Below, piece by piece: positions 27,519 through 36,942 of a stretch of 64,000 bases of DNA; positions within the stretch are counted from its first letter, which is position 1; each line of letters opens with the position of its first letter. The notes below the pieces were generated by a model. The model had not been told where the DNA came from. It ran no database searches and worked only from the letters and a program-made list of their open reading frames with translations. Made by a program: the position numbers and the translations under genes. This DNA comes from Candidatus Dormiibacterota bacterium (GTDB taxonomy: Bacteria > Chloroflexota > Dormibacteria > Aeolococcales > Aeolococcaceae), in NCBI GenBank assembly GCA_019245575.1, contig JAFARE010000029.1, positions 4,158 through 68,157 of the forward strand. The letters are read 5' to 3'.

Positions 27519-28538
27519 TTGCGTAAGCTGGCGGCGATGAAGGCCATCGTGGTCGAACGCGCCGGCGGCCCGGAGGCCATGCGCGTCGAGGACGTGCCCG
27601 ATCCGCAAACCGGACCCGGCGACGTGCTGATCCGCGTCGCGGGTGCGGGGGTGAACCGGGCTGACGTGCTGCAGCGCATGGGCTTCTACCCGCCGCCGCC
27701 GCCGGGCGCGCCGGATGTGCTCGGACTCGAGGTGTCGGGTGAGGTGGTCGCAGCGGGTGCCGACGTGCGCGGATGGCGGACCGGCGATCGCGTGATGGCG
27801 CTCATTGAAGGCGGTGGCTACGCGGAGCTGGCCCGCGCGCCGGCGGCGCAGGTGATGGCCGCGCCCGCGAACGTTGATCTTGTGACCGCTGCCGGGATCC
27901 CCGAGGTTTTCATCACGGCGCACGACGGCCTCTTCACGCGCGCCCGTCTCAGCGCCGGCGAAACCGTGCTGATCCACGGCGGCGCGGGCGGAGTGGGCAC
28001 CGCCGTCGTGCAGCTGGCGAAGCGCGCCGGCGCTCAAACGATCGTCACCGCAGGCTCCGCGGAGAAGCTGCAACGCTGCGCCGGACTCGGTGCGGATTGG
28101 GGCATCGACTATCGCAATGAGGACTTCGCCGCGCGGACTCTCGAGCTCACCGCCGGACGCGGCGCCGACGTCATCCTCGACCTCATGGGCGCCGCGTACC
28201 TCGAGCGCAACATGAGCGCGCTGGCGCGCGACGGCCGCCTGGTGATCATAGGGCTGCAGGGCGGCGTCTCGGCGGAGATCGACCTGCGCACACTCAGCGC
28301 CAAGCGCATCTCCGTCATCGGCACGCAGCTGCGGGCCCGGCCTGCCGAGCAGAAGGCGGCGATTGTCAGCGCGTTCACGGGGGACGCACTGCCGGGGTTC
28401 GACGACGGCGCGCTGAGCCCGGTCATACACCGCGTGCTGCCGCTTGCAGAGGCTGTCGAGGCACACCGCCTGCTGGAGAGCGGCGAGGTGATCGGCAAGG
28501 TCGTGTTGCGCGTGCAACCGGGCGAGAGCGCGCGTTGA
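27519..28538 (+). CDS. NADPH:quinone oxidoreductase (zinc-independent MDR family)
   Basis: 339 aa (the start may instead be MKAIVVE at 27537). VLIRVAGAGVNRADV and GGAGGVGTAVVQLAKRAGA. Confidence 0.8.
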   Translation: MRKLAAMKAIVVERAGGPEAMRVEDVPDPQTGPGDVLIRVAGAGVNRADVLQRMGFYPPPPPGAPDVLGLEVSGEVVAAGADVRGWRTGDRVMALIEGGGYAELARAPAAQVMAAPANVDLVTAAGIPEVFITAHDGLFTRARLSAGETVLIHGGAGGVGTAVVQLAKRAGAQTIVTAGSAEKLQRCAGLGADWGIDYRNEDFAARTLELTAGRGADVILDLMGAAYLERNMSALARDGRLVIIGLQGGVSAEIDLRTLSAKRISVIGTQLRARPAEQKAAIVSAFTGDALPGFDDGALSPVIHRVLPLAEAVEAHRLLESGEVIGKVVLRVQPGESAR

Positions 28539-30118
28539 GCGAGCGCGCCGAGCTGCTGCGGCGCGGCTGGGATGCTGTCATCGTCGGCGCCGGGCACAAC
28601 GGCCTGACGTGCGCCGCATATCTGGCGCGAGCCGGGATGCGCGTGCTCGTGCTCGAGGCGCGCGACCGCATCGGCGGAGCGTGCACCTTGGAGCGGCCGT
28701 TCGATGACACCGGGTACGTGATCAGCCCGTGCGCCTACGTGGTCGGCCTCCTCCATCCGCTCGTCGTCGAGGAGCTCGCGCTGCGCAGCCACGGCTATGC
28801 AGTGCACCCCATCGACCCGCACCTCTGGTGTCCGTTCGACGACGGCTCATCGCTCACGCTGTGGGACGACTCAGCGCGAAACCGAGCCGAGGTGGCCGCC
28901 ATCTCGCCGCGCGATGTCGATGGATTCGCGCGCTATGAGCACCTCTTCGCGCGCATCCGCCAGGCGCTGCGCGCACCGGGTCACGACGTGTGGGTCGGAG
29001 ACGCTCCATCGCGCGCACAGCTCGAGTCACTGCTGGGCCACGACCCTGAGCTGATCGAGGTGCTGTTCCACGAGCCGATCGCGAGCGTGGTGGAGCGCCA
29101 CGTGCGCGATGAGCGGCTGCGCACGGCGCTGCACGGCCAGGGGCTCATCGGCACCTGGGCGGGACCGCGCGACGCGGGGACCGCGGCCATCCATGCGATG
29201 CACAGCATGGGAACGCTCGACGGGCGCGCCGGCGGATGGGGATTCGTCCACGGCGGCATGGGCAATATCTCCATGGCGCTGGCCGCCGCGGCGGAGGCGT
29301 CCGGCGCCGTCATCCTGCGCGGAACCCCCGTGGCCGCCATCGTGCCGGGCGATGGAGTGCAGCTGGACGACGGCACCCGAGTCCGCGCCACGCGCGTGGT
29401 CAGCAACGCGGATCCGCGGACCACGCTGGAGCTCTGCGGTCAGCACGCGGGCCAGGGCTTCCGCGAACGCGTCGACGGCTGGCGCATGCAGGGCCCGGTG
29501 ATCAAGGTGAACTGCGCCCTGTCGCGGTTGCCGCGCTTCACGGCAGCCCGTGACGACGTGGCGCCGCAGCAAGCGATGGTGACGATCGCGCGCAGCGTCG
29601 ACGCCACGCAGGCGGCGTTCGAGGCGAGCCGGCGAGGTGAGCCGGCGCCGCACTGGGCGGAGCTGTACTTCCACACCGCATACGACAGCAGCGTTGCGCC
29701 GCCCGGGCGCCATGTGATGAGCGTCTTCGCGCAATACGCGCCGTATGACCTGGCGCGCGGCTCGTGGGACGACATTCGCGAGCGCGTGGCCGACGCCGCG
29801 CTGGCGGAGGTGGCCCGCTTTGCGCCGGACGTGGCCGCATGCATCCTGAAGCGGCAGGTGCTGGCGCCGCCCGACATCGAGGCGCACGTGGGCCTCCGCG
29901 GCGGCCACATCTTCCAGGGCGAGTGCCTGCCCGAGCAGATGTGGGAGAAGCGCTTCACGCCCCGCACCGCCATGCCCGGCGTGTACATGTGCGGCGCCGC
30001 CACGCACCCGGGAGGCAGCGTCATCGCGGTCAACGGCCGCAACGCGGCGATGGCCCTGCTCGCCGACAACGCGAGCGGTCAGTCGATGACCGCGTCGGCC
30101 TCGATCTCGAGCAGGTAG
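28535..30118 (+). CDS. FAD-dependent oxidoreductase, phytoene desaturase (CrtI-like) family
   Basis: 527 aa. N-terminal WDAVIVGAGHNGLTCAAYLARAGMRVLVLEARDRIGG dinucleotide-binding motif. ATGA overlap with the upstream gene. Confidence 0.75.
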   Translation: MSERAELLRRGWDAVIVGAGHNGLTCAAYLARAGMRVLVLEARDRIGGACTLERPFDDTGYVISPCAYVVGLLHPLVVEELALRSHGYAVHPIDPHLWCPFDDGSSLTLWDDSARNRAEVAAISPRDVDGFARYEHLFARIRQALRAPGHDVWVGDAPSRAQLESLLGHDPELIEVLFHEPIASVVERHVRDERLRTALHGQGLIGTWAGPRDAGTAAIHAMHSMGTLDGRAGGWGFVHGGMGNISMALAAAAEASGAVILRGTPVAAIVPGDGVQLDDGTRVRATRVVSNADPRTTLELCGQHAGQGFRERVDGWRMQGPVIKVNCALSRLPRFTAARDDVAPQQAMVTIARSVDATQAAFEASRRGEPAPHWAELYFHTAYDSSVAPPGRHVMSVFAQYAPYDLARGSWDDIRERVADAALAEVARFAPDVAACILKRQVLAPPDIEAHVGLRGGHIFQGECLPEQMWEKRFTPRTAMPGVYMCGAATHPGGSVIAVNGRNAAMALLADNASGQSMTASASISSR

Positions 30119-30480
30119 ACCGGGTCGACCAGCGCGGTCACCGCGACCAGCGATGTCGCGGGACGGATTGCGCCGAAGACCTCAGCGTGGGCGCGGGCGA
30201 CGTCGTCGAAGAAGGCGATGTCCGTGACGAACGTCCGGGTGCGCACGACATGCTCGGGGCGCGCTCCCACCTCGTCGAGCGCCGCCAGCACGATCTGCAG
30301 CGCCCGGCGCGCCTGCGCGTGGGCGCCGTCCGGCACGGAGCCGTCGGCGTTGCGGCCCACCGTTCCCGACACGTACGCATGCGCGCCCGCGCGAACCGCC
30401 CGCGAGTACCCGAAGCGCTTCTCCCACGGCGCCCCCGACGATGCGCGCTGCCGCGCCGTCATCGCCGGCTCATGTGCCAC
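30079..30480 (-). CDS. RidA/YjgF family protein
   Basis: 133 aa. ...YVSGTVGRNADGSV...RTRTFVTDIAFF...AVTALVDPVYLLEIEA is the typical RidA fold sequence. Confidence 0.75.
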   Translation of the reverse strand: MAHEPAMTARQRASSGAPWEKRFGYSRAVRAGAHAYVSGTVGRNADGSVPDGAHAQARRALQIVLAALDEVGARPEHVVRTRTFVTDIAFFDDVARAHAEVFGAIRPATSLVAVTALVDPVYLLEIEADAVID

Positions 30481-31966
30481 GCACCCGCAGCGCGTTGCGG
30501 ATCAGGCTCATCTCCTCGGCATCGGCCGCACGCAGGGCGAACAGGATCACACCGTAGATGACGGCGGAGGCCACCACCACGAGGAACAGCGCGACGCGCC
30601 CATGCGGGTTCACCAGGTAGATGAAGACGCCCATGACGAGGCCGGCGACGATCGACTTCCAGCTCGAGCGCACCACGTTGATCGTGCCCAGCTGCGCGCG
30701 CAGCACGAACCATCCCACCACGACGAGTGCCGCCTCGGTGACCACGACCGCCCAGCTGGCGCCGATGTACCCGTAGCGCGGGATCACCACCAGGTTCACG
30801 CCGACGTTGACCACAAGGCCCACGACGGCGACCAGCGCGAACACCGTCTGCTTGTCGATGGCGTTGAGGGTCGCGGCGAAGGTGTTGTCCGCGAACATGA
30901 ACACGATGGCCAGCGCGAGGATCTGCAGCGCCGGCTCGCTGTTCGGATACAGGTTGAGCAGGTCATTGAACTGCGACGCGAGCAGGAACACGCCCACCGT
31001 CACCGGCCAGCCGAGCATCACCAGCGCCTTGAAGAACTTCTCCGACAGGAACAGCACGCGGTCCGGCGCCCGCCGGTGGTACAGCGAGAGCAGCGGAAAC
31101 ACCACGCCGCGCAGCGTGAAGGGTATGAACAGCAGCGACTCGAACGGCTTGTAGGCGAAGGTGTACCAGCCCACTTCCGCATAGGGACGGAAGCGCTGCA
31201 GGATGGGCACGTCCACCTTGAAATACACGGTCGTGATGATGAAGGTGATGCCCAGCGGGATGGCCCCGCGCAGCCAGGGCCGCAGCAGCTTCGTCTCCAC
31301 GCGCCAGCGCGGGCGCAGCACACCCTTGGCGGCCAGCACGATCCCGAAGTACACGCACGCCAGCGCGTAGCTCGCCGCGTACGCCCAGAGGTAGTAGCCG
31401 GAGTCGGCGCCGCGGCGCGCGCCGAGCACGACCAGCAGCAGCACGATGGCCGTCTCGGGAACGATCTCGATGATCTCGAACGTCAGCTGCTGCATCGCGT
31501 ACAGGGAGTTGCGCAGCAGCAACTGGTAGCCGGACAGCACGAGGATTGCGAACGACGGGAGCAGCAGCGTGCGCAGCCCGGCGAGGTAGAGCAGGCCGAA
31601 CAGCATTGGCAGCCCCACAACGCTGAGCACGACCTTGGAGGACGCCACGTTGTTGAAGAAGCGGGCGATGGAGTTCGTGTCGCGCGCTCCCTCGCGGACG
31701 TAGAGCGCCGAGAAGCCGAGGTCGGTGAAGACGCCGACGAGGTTGACGTAGGTGACGGCCGTCTGCATCTCGCCGAAGTGCGTGTCGCCCAGCGAGTTGC
31801 CCATGATGATCACGGCGACCAGCGCGATCACGCGCGATATCACCCGAGCCACGAGGATCAGCAGGGTGTTGCGCAGCGCGCGCATCCCCAGGCCGGAGGG
31901 GCGCGAGACCTCGGTGCCGCCGCCGTCGGGGGCCGCGGGCGCGGGCGTCCGCGGCGGTGAGCTCAT
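30470..31966 (-). CDS. Polysaccharide/oligosaccharide flippase (Wzx-like, MOP superfamily)
   Basis: About 498 aa from the internal ATG (MSSPPRT...). 12-14 hydrophobic segments throughout. Overlaps the RidA gene at its 3' end. Confidence 0.7.
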   Translation of the reverse strand: MSSPPRTPAPAAPDGGGTEVSRPSGLGMRALRNTLLILVARVISRVIALVAVIIMGNSLGDTHFGEMQTAVTYVNLVGVFTDLGFSALYVREGARDTNSIARFFNNVASSKVVLSVVGLPMLFGLLYLAGLRTLLLPSFAILVLSGYQLLLRNSLYAMQQLTFEIIEIVPETAIVLLLVVLGARRGADSGYYLWAYAASYALACVYFGIVLAAKGVLRPRWRVETKLLRPWLRGAIPLGITFIITTVYFKVDVPILQRFRPYAEVGWYTFAYKPFESLLFIPFTLRGVVFPLLSLYHRRAPDRVLFLSEKFFKALVMLGWPVTVGVFLLASQFNDLLNLYPNSEPALQILALAIVFMFADNTFAATLNAIDKQTVFALVAVVGLVVNVGVNLVVIPRYGYIGASWAVVVTEAALVVVGWFVLRAQLGTINVVRSSWKSIVAGLVMGVFIYLVNPHGRVALFLVVVASAVIYGVILFALRAADAEEMSLIRNALRVRGT

Positions 31967-31968
31967 GG

Positions 31969-32808
31969 TCAGAGGTTGTAACGCGGCGCAGCCTGAAGAT
32001 GTGTCGGTTCGCCGTCGAGCTCCAGCGCCAGCCGCGCGGCGAGGGCGGCGGTCCCGCACAGGTCGAGGCGGTTGTGCTCGACCACGCCGGCGAGCACGTC
32101 CGGGGGCGCGCCGCGGAGCCAGGCGCGGTACCGGCCCGGCCCCTCGAGCCCGGGGACGTCTGCCTCCCGCGAGTAGCGCAGCAGCCGCAGCTCCGCCTGG
32201 CGCAGGGTGCAGCTGCGCAGCTGATCGCGGAACAGCCTCCGCGTCGACGCCAGCAGGTCCAGGTGCGCCCGGGGCTCCACCGACGCCGGATGGATGCCGT
32301 TGGCCACGCAGCGCGAGCCGAGGATCCGCATGTCGAACGCCCGCCCGTTGTAGGTGAGGAGGAACGAGCCCTGCACCCGGGTGGCCACCGCGAGCAGCAG
32401 CGCTGCCTCGGCGGCCAGGTCGGCGAGCAGGAACTGCTCGACCTCCAGGGCCAGGCCGTTCACCGTGCCGACCCCGACGAGGAACGCGGCGAGGTGACCG
32501 GACGCGACCGAGACGGCCTCGATGTCGAGCACCCGCACGGGGCCGGCGCTCCGGCGCTCACCGGCCAGGCGCGCGTCCAGGAGCGCCAGCCGCTCGCCGG
32601 CGGGCATCGTCCAGAGGCCGGCGGGCTCCAGGAACTCGGCCAGGTCGGTGGTCACGGAGCGGCGATGGAAGTCGCCCCATGGGCCAGGCTCGGCGGCGAA
32701 GCCGAGCTCCCCGGCGCGGACGGCGGCGGCACATCGCATGCCCGCCAGCATAGCGAACCTTTGTTCGCCCGGACGAGGCTGCGACGCACTCGCCGAATAC
32801 ACTCCCAC
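31969..32808 (-). CDS. RNase H-like 3'-5' exonuclease-fold protein (COG3359/YprB-like)
   Basis: 279 aa. LDIEAVS (DxE) and LTYNGRAFDMRIL are the typical RNase-H-like exonuclease motifs. Ends 2 nt from the flippase start. Confidence 0.55.
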   Translation of the reverse strand: MGVYSASASQPRPGEQRFAMLAGMRCAAAVRAGELGFAAEPGPWGDFHRRSVTTDLAEFLEPAGLWTMPAGERLALLDARLAGERRSAGPVRVLDIEAVSVASGHLAAFLVGVGTVNGLALEVEQFLLADLAAEAALLLAVATRVQGSFLLTYNGRAFDMRILGSRCVANGIHPASVEPRAHLDLLASTRRLFRDQLRSCTLRQAELRLLRYSREADVPGLEGPGRYRAWLRGAPPDVLAGVVEHNRLDLCGTAALAARLALELDGEPTHLQAAPRYNL

Positions 32809-32810
32809 GC

Positions 32811-34532
32811 ATGGCCGATCTCCTCGAGGCAGTCTCCGCCGAGGCCGCCGGCGCGTCGCCGCACGGCGCCCGCCTGCTGGCCCTCGCGCTTCGCGAGCAG
32901 GGGGTCACCACGCTGTTCACCCTGCCCGGCGGGCACATCCTCCAGCTGCTCGACGCCTGCCGCGACGAGGAGATCCGGGTCATCGACACGCGCCACGAGG
33001 GCGCAGCCGTGCTCGCCGCCGAGGGCTGGGCCCTCGCCACGGGCGAGCCGGGCGTCGCGGCGGTGACCGCAGGCCCGGGGTTCGCCAACGGCCTGGTGGG
33101 CCTGCTCGACGCGTCGGCCTGGAGCGTGCCCCTGCTGATGATCGCGGGCCGCACCGGCTACTCCCGCCAGGGGCGGGGCGCCGTGATGGACGTCGACCAG
33201 CGAGCCATCGCCGCGCCTGCGGCCAAGTGGGCGGCGACCTGCTACGAGGCGGGCCGGGCCGGACAGTACGCGGCGCAGGCCCTCCACGTGGCCCGCTCGG
33301 GGTGCCCGGGCGGCGCGTACCTCGAGGTGCCGTGGGACGTGATGCGGACGGCGCCGGCTCCGCTGGACGTCACCCCGGGCGGGTACCCCGACCAGCCAGC
33401 TCGCCCGGCGGCCGCGCCCGCTGACATCGGCGCCGCGCTCGCCGCCCTGGCGCGGGCACGGCGGCCGCTGATCGTCGCCGGCAGCGGCGCCTTCTGGTCC
33501 GGCGCCGGCGAGGAGATCGCCGCCTTTGCCGAGGAGGCCTCGATCCCTGTGATCACGGCCAGCGCCGCCCGTGGCGTGGTCGCCGATTCCCACCCATGGT
33601 CGCTGGGCTCGCTGGTCCATGGCGGCGTGGCGCTGCCCAGCGCGGACTGCGTGCTCCTGCTCGGCTCCGCCTTCAACGCCAACGTGCTGTACGGGGCTCC
33701 TCCCCTCTTCGGCGCCGAGCAGACTGTGATCCAGGTCGATGTCGCCGCCGAGCGGATCGGGGGCAACCGTCTGCCCGAGGTGCCCGTCGTGGGTGACGTG
33801 GCCCAGGTGGTGCGCGACCTGCGCGCCGCCTGGCGCGGTGGGAGCAGCGAGGGAGCGGCCTGGCTGGAGCAGGCGCGCGGCCTTGTCCGGGCGTCGCTCG
33901 GCTTCTGGGACCAGCAGATCGACGGCCACTCCGGCTCGCAGCTGCACGCGGGCCGGGTGGCGCGCGAGACCGCCGCGTACGTGCGCGAGCGGTTCGGCGG
34001 CGACATCACCCTGGTGGCCGACGGCGGCGACGCTCTCGCGTGGGCGCTCGGCTACTTCCCCGCCGAACGGCCGGGCAGCCTGCTCACCACCACGACCGCC
34101 CTCGGCACTCTGGGCGTGGGCATGCCCTTCGCCCTGGCTTCCGGCGCCGCCCACCCCGGCACGCCCACGCTGCTCTTCACCGGCGACGGCTCCTTCGGCC
34201 TCACCGCGATGGAGGTGGACACGGCCGTGCGCCACGGGCTGCCCATCGTCGTCGTGGTGTCGAACAACGCCGGATGGGGCGACGTGCGCCACGAGCAGGA
34301 CGCGTTCTTCGGCCCCGGCCGCCATGTGGCCAGCGAGCTCGCCGCCACCCGGTACGACAAGCTCGGGGAGGCGCTCGGCGCCGTCGGCGAGCACGTGGAC
34401 CGCATCGAGGAGCTGCGGCCGGCGCTCGACCGCGCCTTCGACAGCGGCCGGTGCACCGTGATCGACGTCACCACCGACCCCACGGTGCTGGCCGAGCTGC
34501 TGCGCATCATGGGCTCGGCGGGCCTCATGTAG
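32811..34532 (+). CDS. Thiamine diphosphate-dependent enzyme (acetolactate synthase large-subunit-like)
   Basis: 573 aa. ThDP motif GDGSFGLTAMEVDTAVRHGLPIVVVVSNN. N-terminal pyrimidine-binding domain. Confidence 0.8.
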   Translation: MADLLEAVSAEAAGASPHGARLLALALREQGVTTLFTLPGGHILQLLDACRDEEIRVIDTRHEGAAVLAAEGWALATGEPGVAAVTAGPGFANGLVGLLDASAWSVPLLMIAGRTGYSRQGRGAVMDVDQRAIAAPAAKWAATCYEAGRAGQYAAQALHVARSGCPGGAYLEVPWDVMRTAPAPLDVTPGGYPDQPARPAAAPADIGAALAALARARRPLIVAGSGAFWSGAGEEIAAFAEEASIPVITASAARGVVADSHPWSLGSLVHGGVALPSADCVLLLGSAFNANVLYGAPPLFGAEQTVIQVDVAAERIGGNRLPEVPVVGDVAQVVRDLRAAWRGGSSEGAAWLEQARGLVRASLGFWDQQIDGHSGSQLHAGRVARETAAYVRERFGGDITLVADGGDALAWALGYFPAERPGSLLTTTTALGTLGVGMPFALASGAAHPGTPTLLFTGDGSFGLTAMEVDTAVRHGLPIVVVVSNNAGWGDVRHEQDAFFGPGRHVASELAATRYDKLGEALGAVGEHVDRIEELRPALDRAFDSGRCTVIDVTTDPTVLAELLRIMGSAGLM

Positions 34533-35525
34533 ATGCGCGCCGTCGAGCTGCTCGACGCGCACCGGCTCGAGGTCGTCGAGCTCCCCGACCCCGAGCCCGG
34601 CGAGGGCGAGGTCGTGGTCCGGGTCGACGGCTGCGGCATCTGCGGCTCCGACCTGAGCTCGTACAAGGTGGGCCTGTTCACCGACGCGGTGCCGGGCCAC
34701 GAGTTCTCGGGGACGGTCGAGGCCCTGGGCGCGGGCGTGAGCGGCTGGCAGACAGGCGACCCGACGGTGGTCGATCCCAAGATGCCCTGCGGCGCCTGCG
34801 AGGATTGCCGGGCGGGCGCCGCGTGGCGCTGCTCCGTCGCCCTCACCGCGGGGCTGGGCTTCGCCCGCAACGGCGGCTTCGCCGAGCGCGTGCTGGCGCC
34901 GGCGCACCTGCTGCACCGCCTGCCGGAGCAGCTCTCCCTGCGCGACGCCTGCCTGGTGGAGCCTCTGTCCATCGCGATCCACGGGGTGGAGCGCACCCGC
35001 CTCGACGGCGGGGCTGCGGTGGTGATCGGGCTCGGGCCGATCGGGCTCTTCACCGTGGCCGTGCTCCGCGCCCGCGGCGTGGAGCCGATCATCTGCGTCG
35101 ACCCCGTGCCCGACCGCCGCCGTCTGGCGCTCGACCTCGGCGCCGCCACATCCCTGGAGGAGGCCACCGAGGTGCGCCGGACCGTCGCTCCGGCGCCCAA
35201 CGTGTTCGAGTGCTCCGGCTACGCGCCGGTCCTGCACACCGCCGCCGACCTCGTCGCCCCGGGCGGCACGATGGTGATGCTCGGCGTCCCCTTCGGCGAA
35301 GCCCAGGTGGCGCCGCTGATGTGGGTGACCCGCGAGATCACGATCGTCGGCAGCATCGCCTCGAGCGAGCAGGACTTCCGCGACTCCATCGCGATGCTGG
35401 CCGCCGACCCGTCGCTGGCTCGCATCGTCACGCGACGCATCGGCCTCGCCGACGTGCCCGCCTCTTTCGAGGAGCTCATCCACCCGACCGAGGGCGGAAA
35501 GGTGGTCGTCGATCCGTCCCTGTGA
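34533..35525 (+). CDS. Zinc-dependent alcohol dehydrogenase (MDR, threonine/sorbitol dehydrogenase-like)
   Basis: 330 aa. GHEFSG (catalytic Zn) and CGACEDC (structural Zn) motifs. Starts 1 nt after the upstream stop. Confidence 0.85.
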   Translation: MRAVELLDAHRLEVVELPDPEPGEGEVVVRVDGCGICGSDLSSYKVGLFTDAVPGHEFSGTVEALGAGVSGWQTGDPTVVDPKMPCGACEDCRAGAAWRCSVALTAGLGFARNGGFAERVLAPAHLLHRLPEQLSLRDACLVEPLSIAIHGVERTRLDGGAAVVIGLGPIGLFTVAVLRARGVEPIICVDPVPDRRRLALDLGAATSLEEATEVRRTVAPAPNVFECSGYAPVLHTAADLVAPGGTMVMLGVPFGEAQVAPLMWVTREITIVGSIASSEQDFRDSIAMLAADPSLARIVTRRIGLADVPASFEELIHPTEGGKVVVDPSL

Positions 35526-35605
35526 TGGCGGGGCGGCAGCGCCGCTCCGACAGCGACTCCCGAGACCCACTGCCCCACCCGCCCTCTACGGAGTGGCGAG
35601 GAGCA

Positions 35606-36247
35606 TCACTCCGGCATCACAGTGTCGGTGGCTCTCCAGCAATACCAAGCTGCCGCCGAGCGGTAGGGGCGGAAGGGCTCCCCGAAGGCGGCCAGCTCCC
35701 TGGGCCGGGGCAGGTCGTCGAGACGATGCAGCTTGCGCCAGCCGTTGCGGACGCCGAAGTCATCCACGGGCCAGATGTCGGGCCGCCGCAGCTCGAAGAT
35801 CAGGAACATCTCGGCGGTCCAGCGGCCCACGCCGCGCACCTGCACCAGGCGGGCCACGATCTCGTCGTCACCGAGCCCGTCGAAGTCGTGGGTGGGGATC
35901 GTCCCGTCGGCGAACTTCGTGGCCAGGTCCACCACAGCCGCCTGCTTCGCAGCCGACAGCCCCGCGGCGCGCAGCCGCTCGTGCGAGAGGGCCAGGAGCG
36001 CCTCGGGCGAGGGGATCCCGCCGTCGAACAACGCGACCACCCGGTTCAGGATGGCCGTCGCCGCCTTGCCGGCCAGCTGCTGGAAGACGATGGCCCGCAG
36101 CAGCGCGTGGAAAGGGTCGCCGGCCGGGTCGCGCAGCGCCACCGGGCCCAGCGCGTCGACGATCGGGCCGAATGCCGGGTCCGCCGCCAGGATGTGCGCG
36201 GCGACGGGGTCTGCCCGCCGGCGCGACGGGCGTTTCGCGGTGGTCAC
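35606..36247 (-). CDS. DNA-3-methyladenine glycosylase II (AlkA-type HhH-GPD)
   Basis: About 213 aa from the GTG at 36245-36247 (GTGA overlap with the ybaK-like stop). HhH-GPD motif LVQVRGVGRWTAEMFLIF...WPVDDFGVRNG. Confidence 0.65.
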   Translation of the reverse strand: MTTAKRPSRRRADPVAAHILAADPAFGPIVDALGPVALRDPAGDPFHALLRAIVFQQLAGKAATAILNRVVALFDGGIPSPEALLALSHERLRAAGLSAAKQAAVVDLATKFADGTIPTHDFDGLGDDEIVARLVQVRGVGRWTAEMFLIFELRRPDIWPVDDFGVRNGWRKLHRLDDLPRPRELAAFGEPFRPYRSAAAWYCWRATDTVMPE

Positions 36248-36750
36248 CGCGGTGCCGGTGTCGCCAGGCCGTCGACCACGCGTGCCGACGGCAGCTTGCG
36301 CAGCTCGTCCGGCTGCAGCCGCAGCTTCATCGAGCGGCTTCCCCCGCCGAGGATCACGAAGGGCCGCTGCATCACGAGAGAGTCCACGTACACAGGCAAC
36401 AACGGTGGAAGCCCGAACGGTGTGACACCGCCGATGGCCATCCCGGTCAATTCGCGCGTCTGCTCCGCCGCCGCGAACGAGGCCTTGCGCACGCCGAGCA
36501 GCCCGCAGACGGCGTGGTTCACGTCCAGCCGCGTGTTCGCCAGCACCACGCAGGCGCACGCCACGCCCGGCTCCCTGCGGGCGGCCACGACGATCGTGTT
36601 GGCCGAGTCCTGAGCGTCGTAGCCGTAGCGCGCGCAGAACGCTGCGGTGTCGGCGAACTCCGGGTCGCAGGGCAGCACGTCATGCTCAATCCCAAGCTCC
36701 GCCAGCTGCGATCTCACGCGCGCCTCGACAGCCTCGTCAGCCATCGGCAC
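36244..36750 (-). CDS. YbaK/ProX-type aminoacyl-tRNA deacylase domain protein
   Basis: 168 aa. ...TIVVAARREPGVACACVVLANTRLDVNHAV...TGMAIGGVTPFGLP matches the YbaK editing-domain pattern. Confidence 0.7.
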   Translation of the reverse strand: MPMADEAVEARVRSQLAELGIEHDVLPCDPEFADTAAFCARYGYDAQDSANTIVVAARREPGVACACVVLANTRLDVNHAVCGLLGVRKASFAAAEQTRELTGMAIGGVTPFGLPPLLPVYVDSLVMQRPFVILGGGSRSMKLRLQPDELRKLPSARVVDGLATPAPR

Positions 36751-36881
36751 CGCCTCGCCGCGCCGGGGGCGGCCCCCCTTGCCGGCCCCCGTCGCAGCTT
36801 CGGCGTTCCCCCTGCGCCTGTTCCCTGGTCTCCTGGCGACGATTCTGCGAAACGTTCGGCGGGTTGGGAAGGAAAGAGTTG

Positions 36882-36895
36882 TTCACAACTGTGAA
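36882..36895. promoter_or_regulatory. Perfect 6-2-6 palindrome TTCACAacTGTGAA 48 nt upstream of pntAA (candidate operator)
   Basis: Read directly in the 190-nt upstream region. A second inverted repeat GGCAATgcgaATTGCC spans the pntAA ATG (36939-36954). Confidence 0.3.
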
Positions 36896-36942
36896 GAAAG
36901 GGTAGCCGCCCATGCGATCCGCGCCGGTAGAGTCCTGCGGCA

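Noticed and set aside
32652-35570. 972-aa ORF on the minus strand
   Set aside because: Antisense to two well-supported plus-strand genes (a ThDP enzyme with the GDG...NN motif and a Zn-ADH with the GHE and CGAC.DC motifs). Its translation is Arg/Gly/Ala-rich with no motifs. This is the typical shadow ORF of high-GC DNA.
36882-36895. CRP/FNR-type site interpretation of TTCACAacTGTGAA
   Set aside because: The half-sites are in reverse order relative to TGTGA-N6-TCACA and the spacer is 2 nt. Kept only as a generic palindromic operator candidate.
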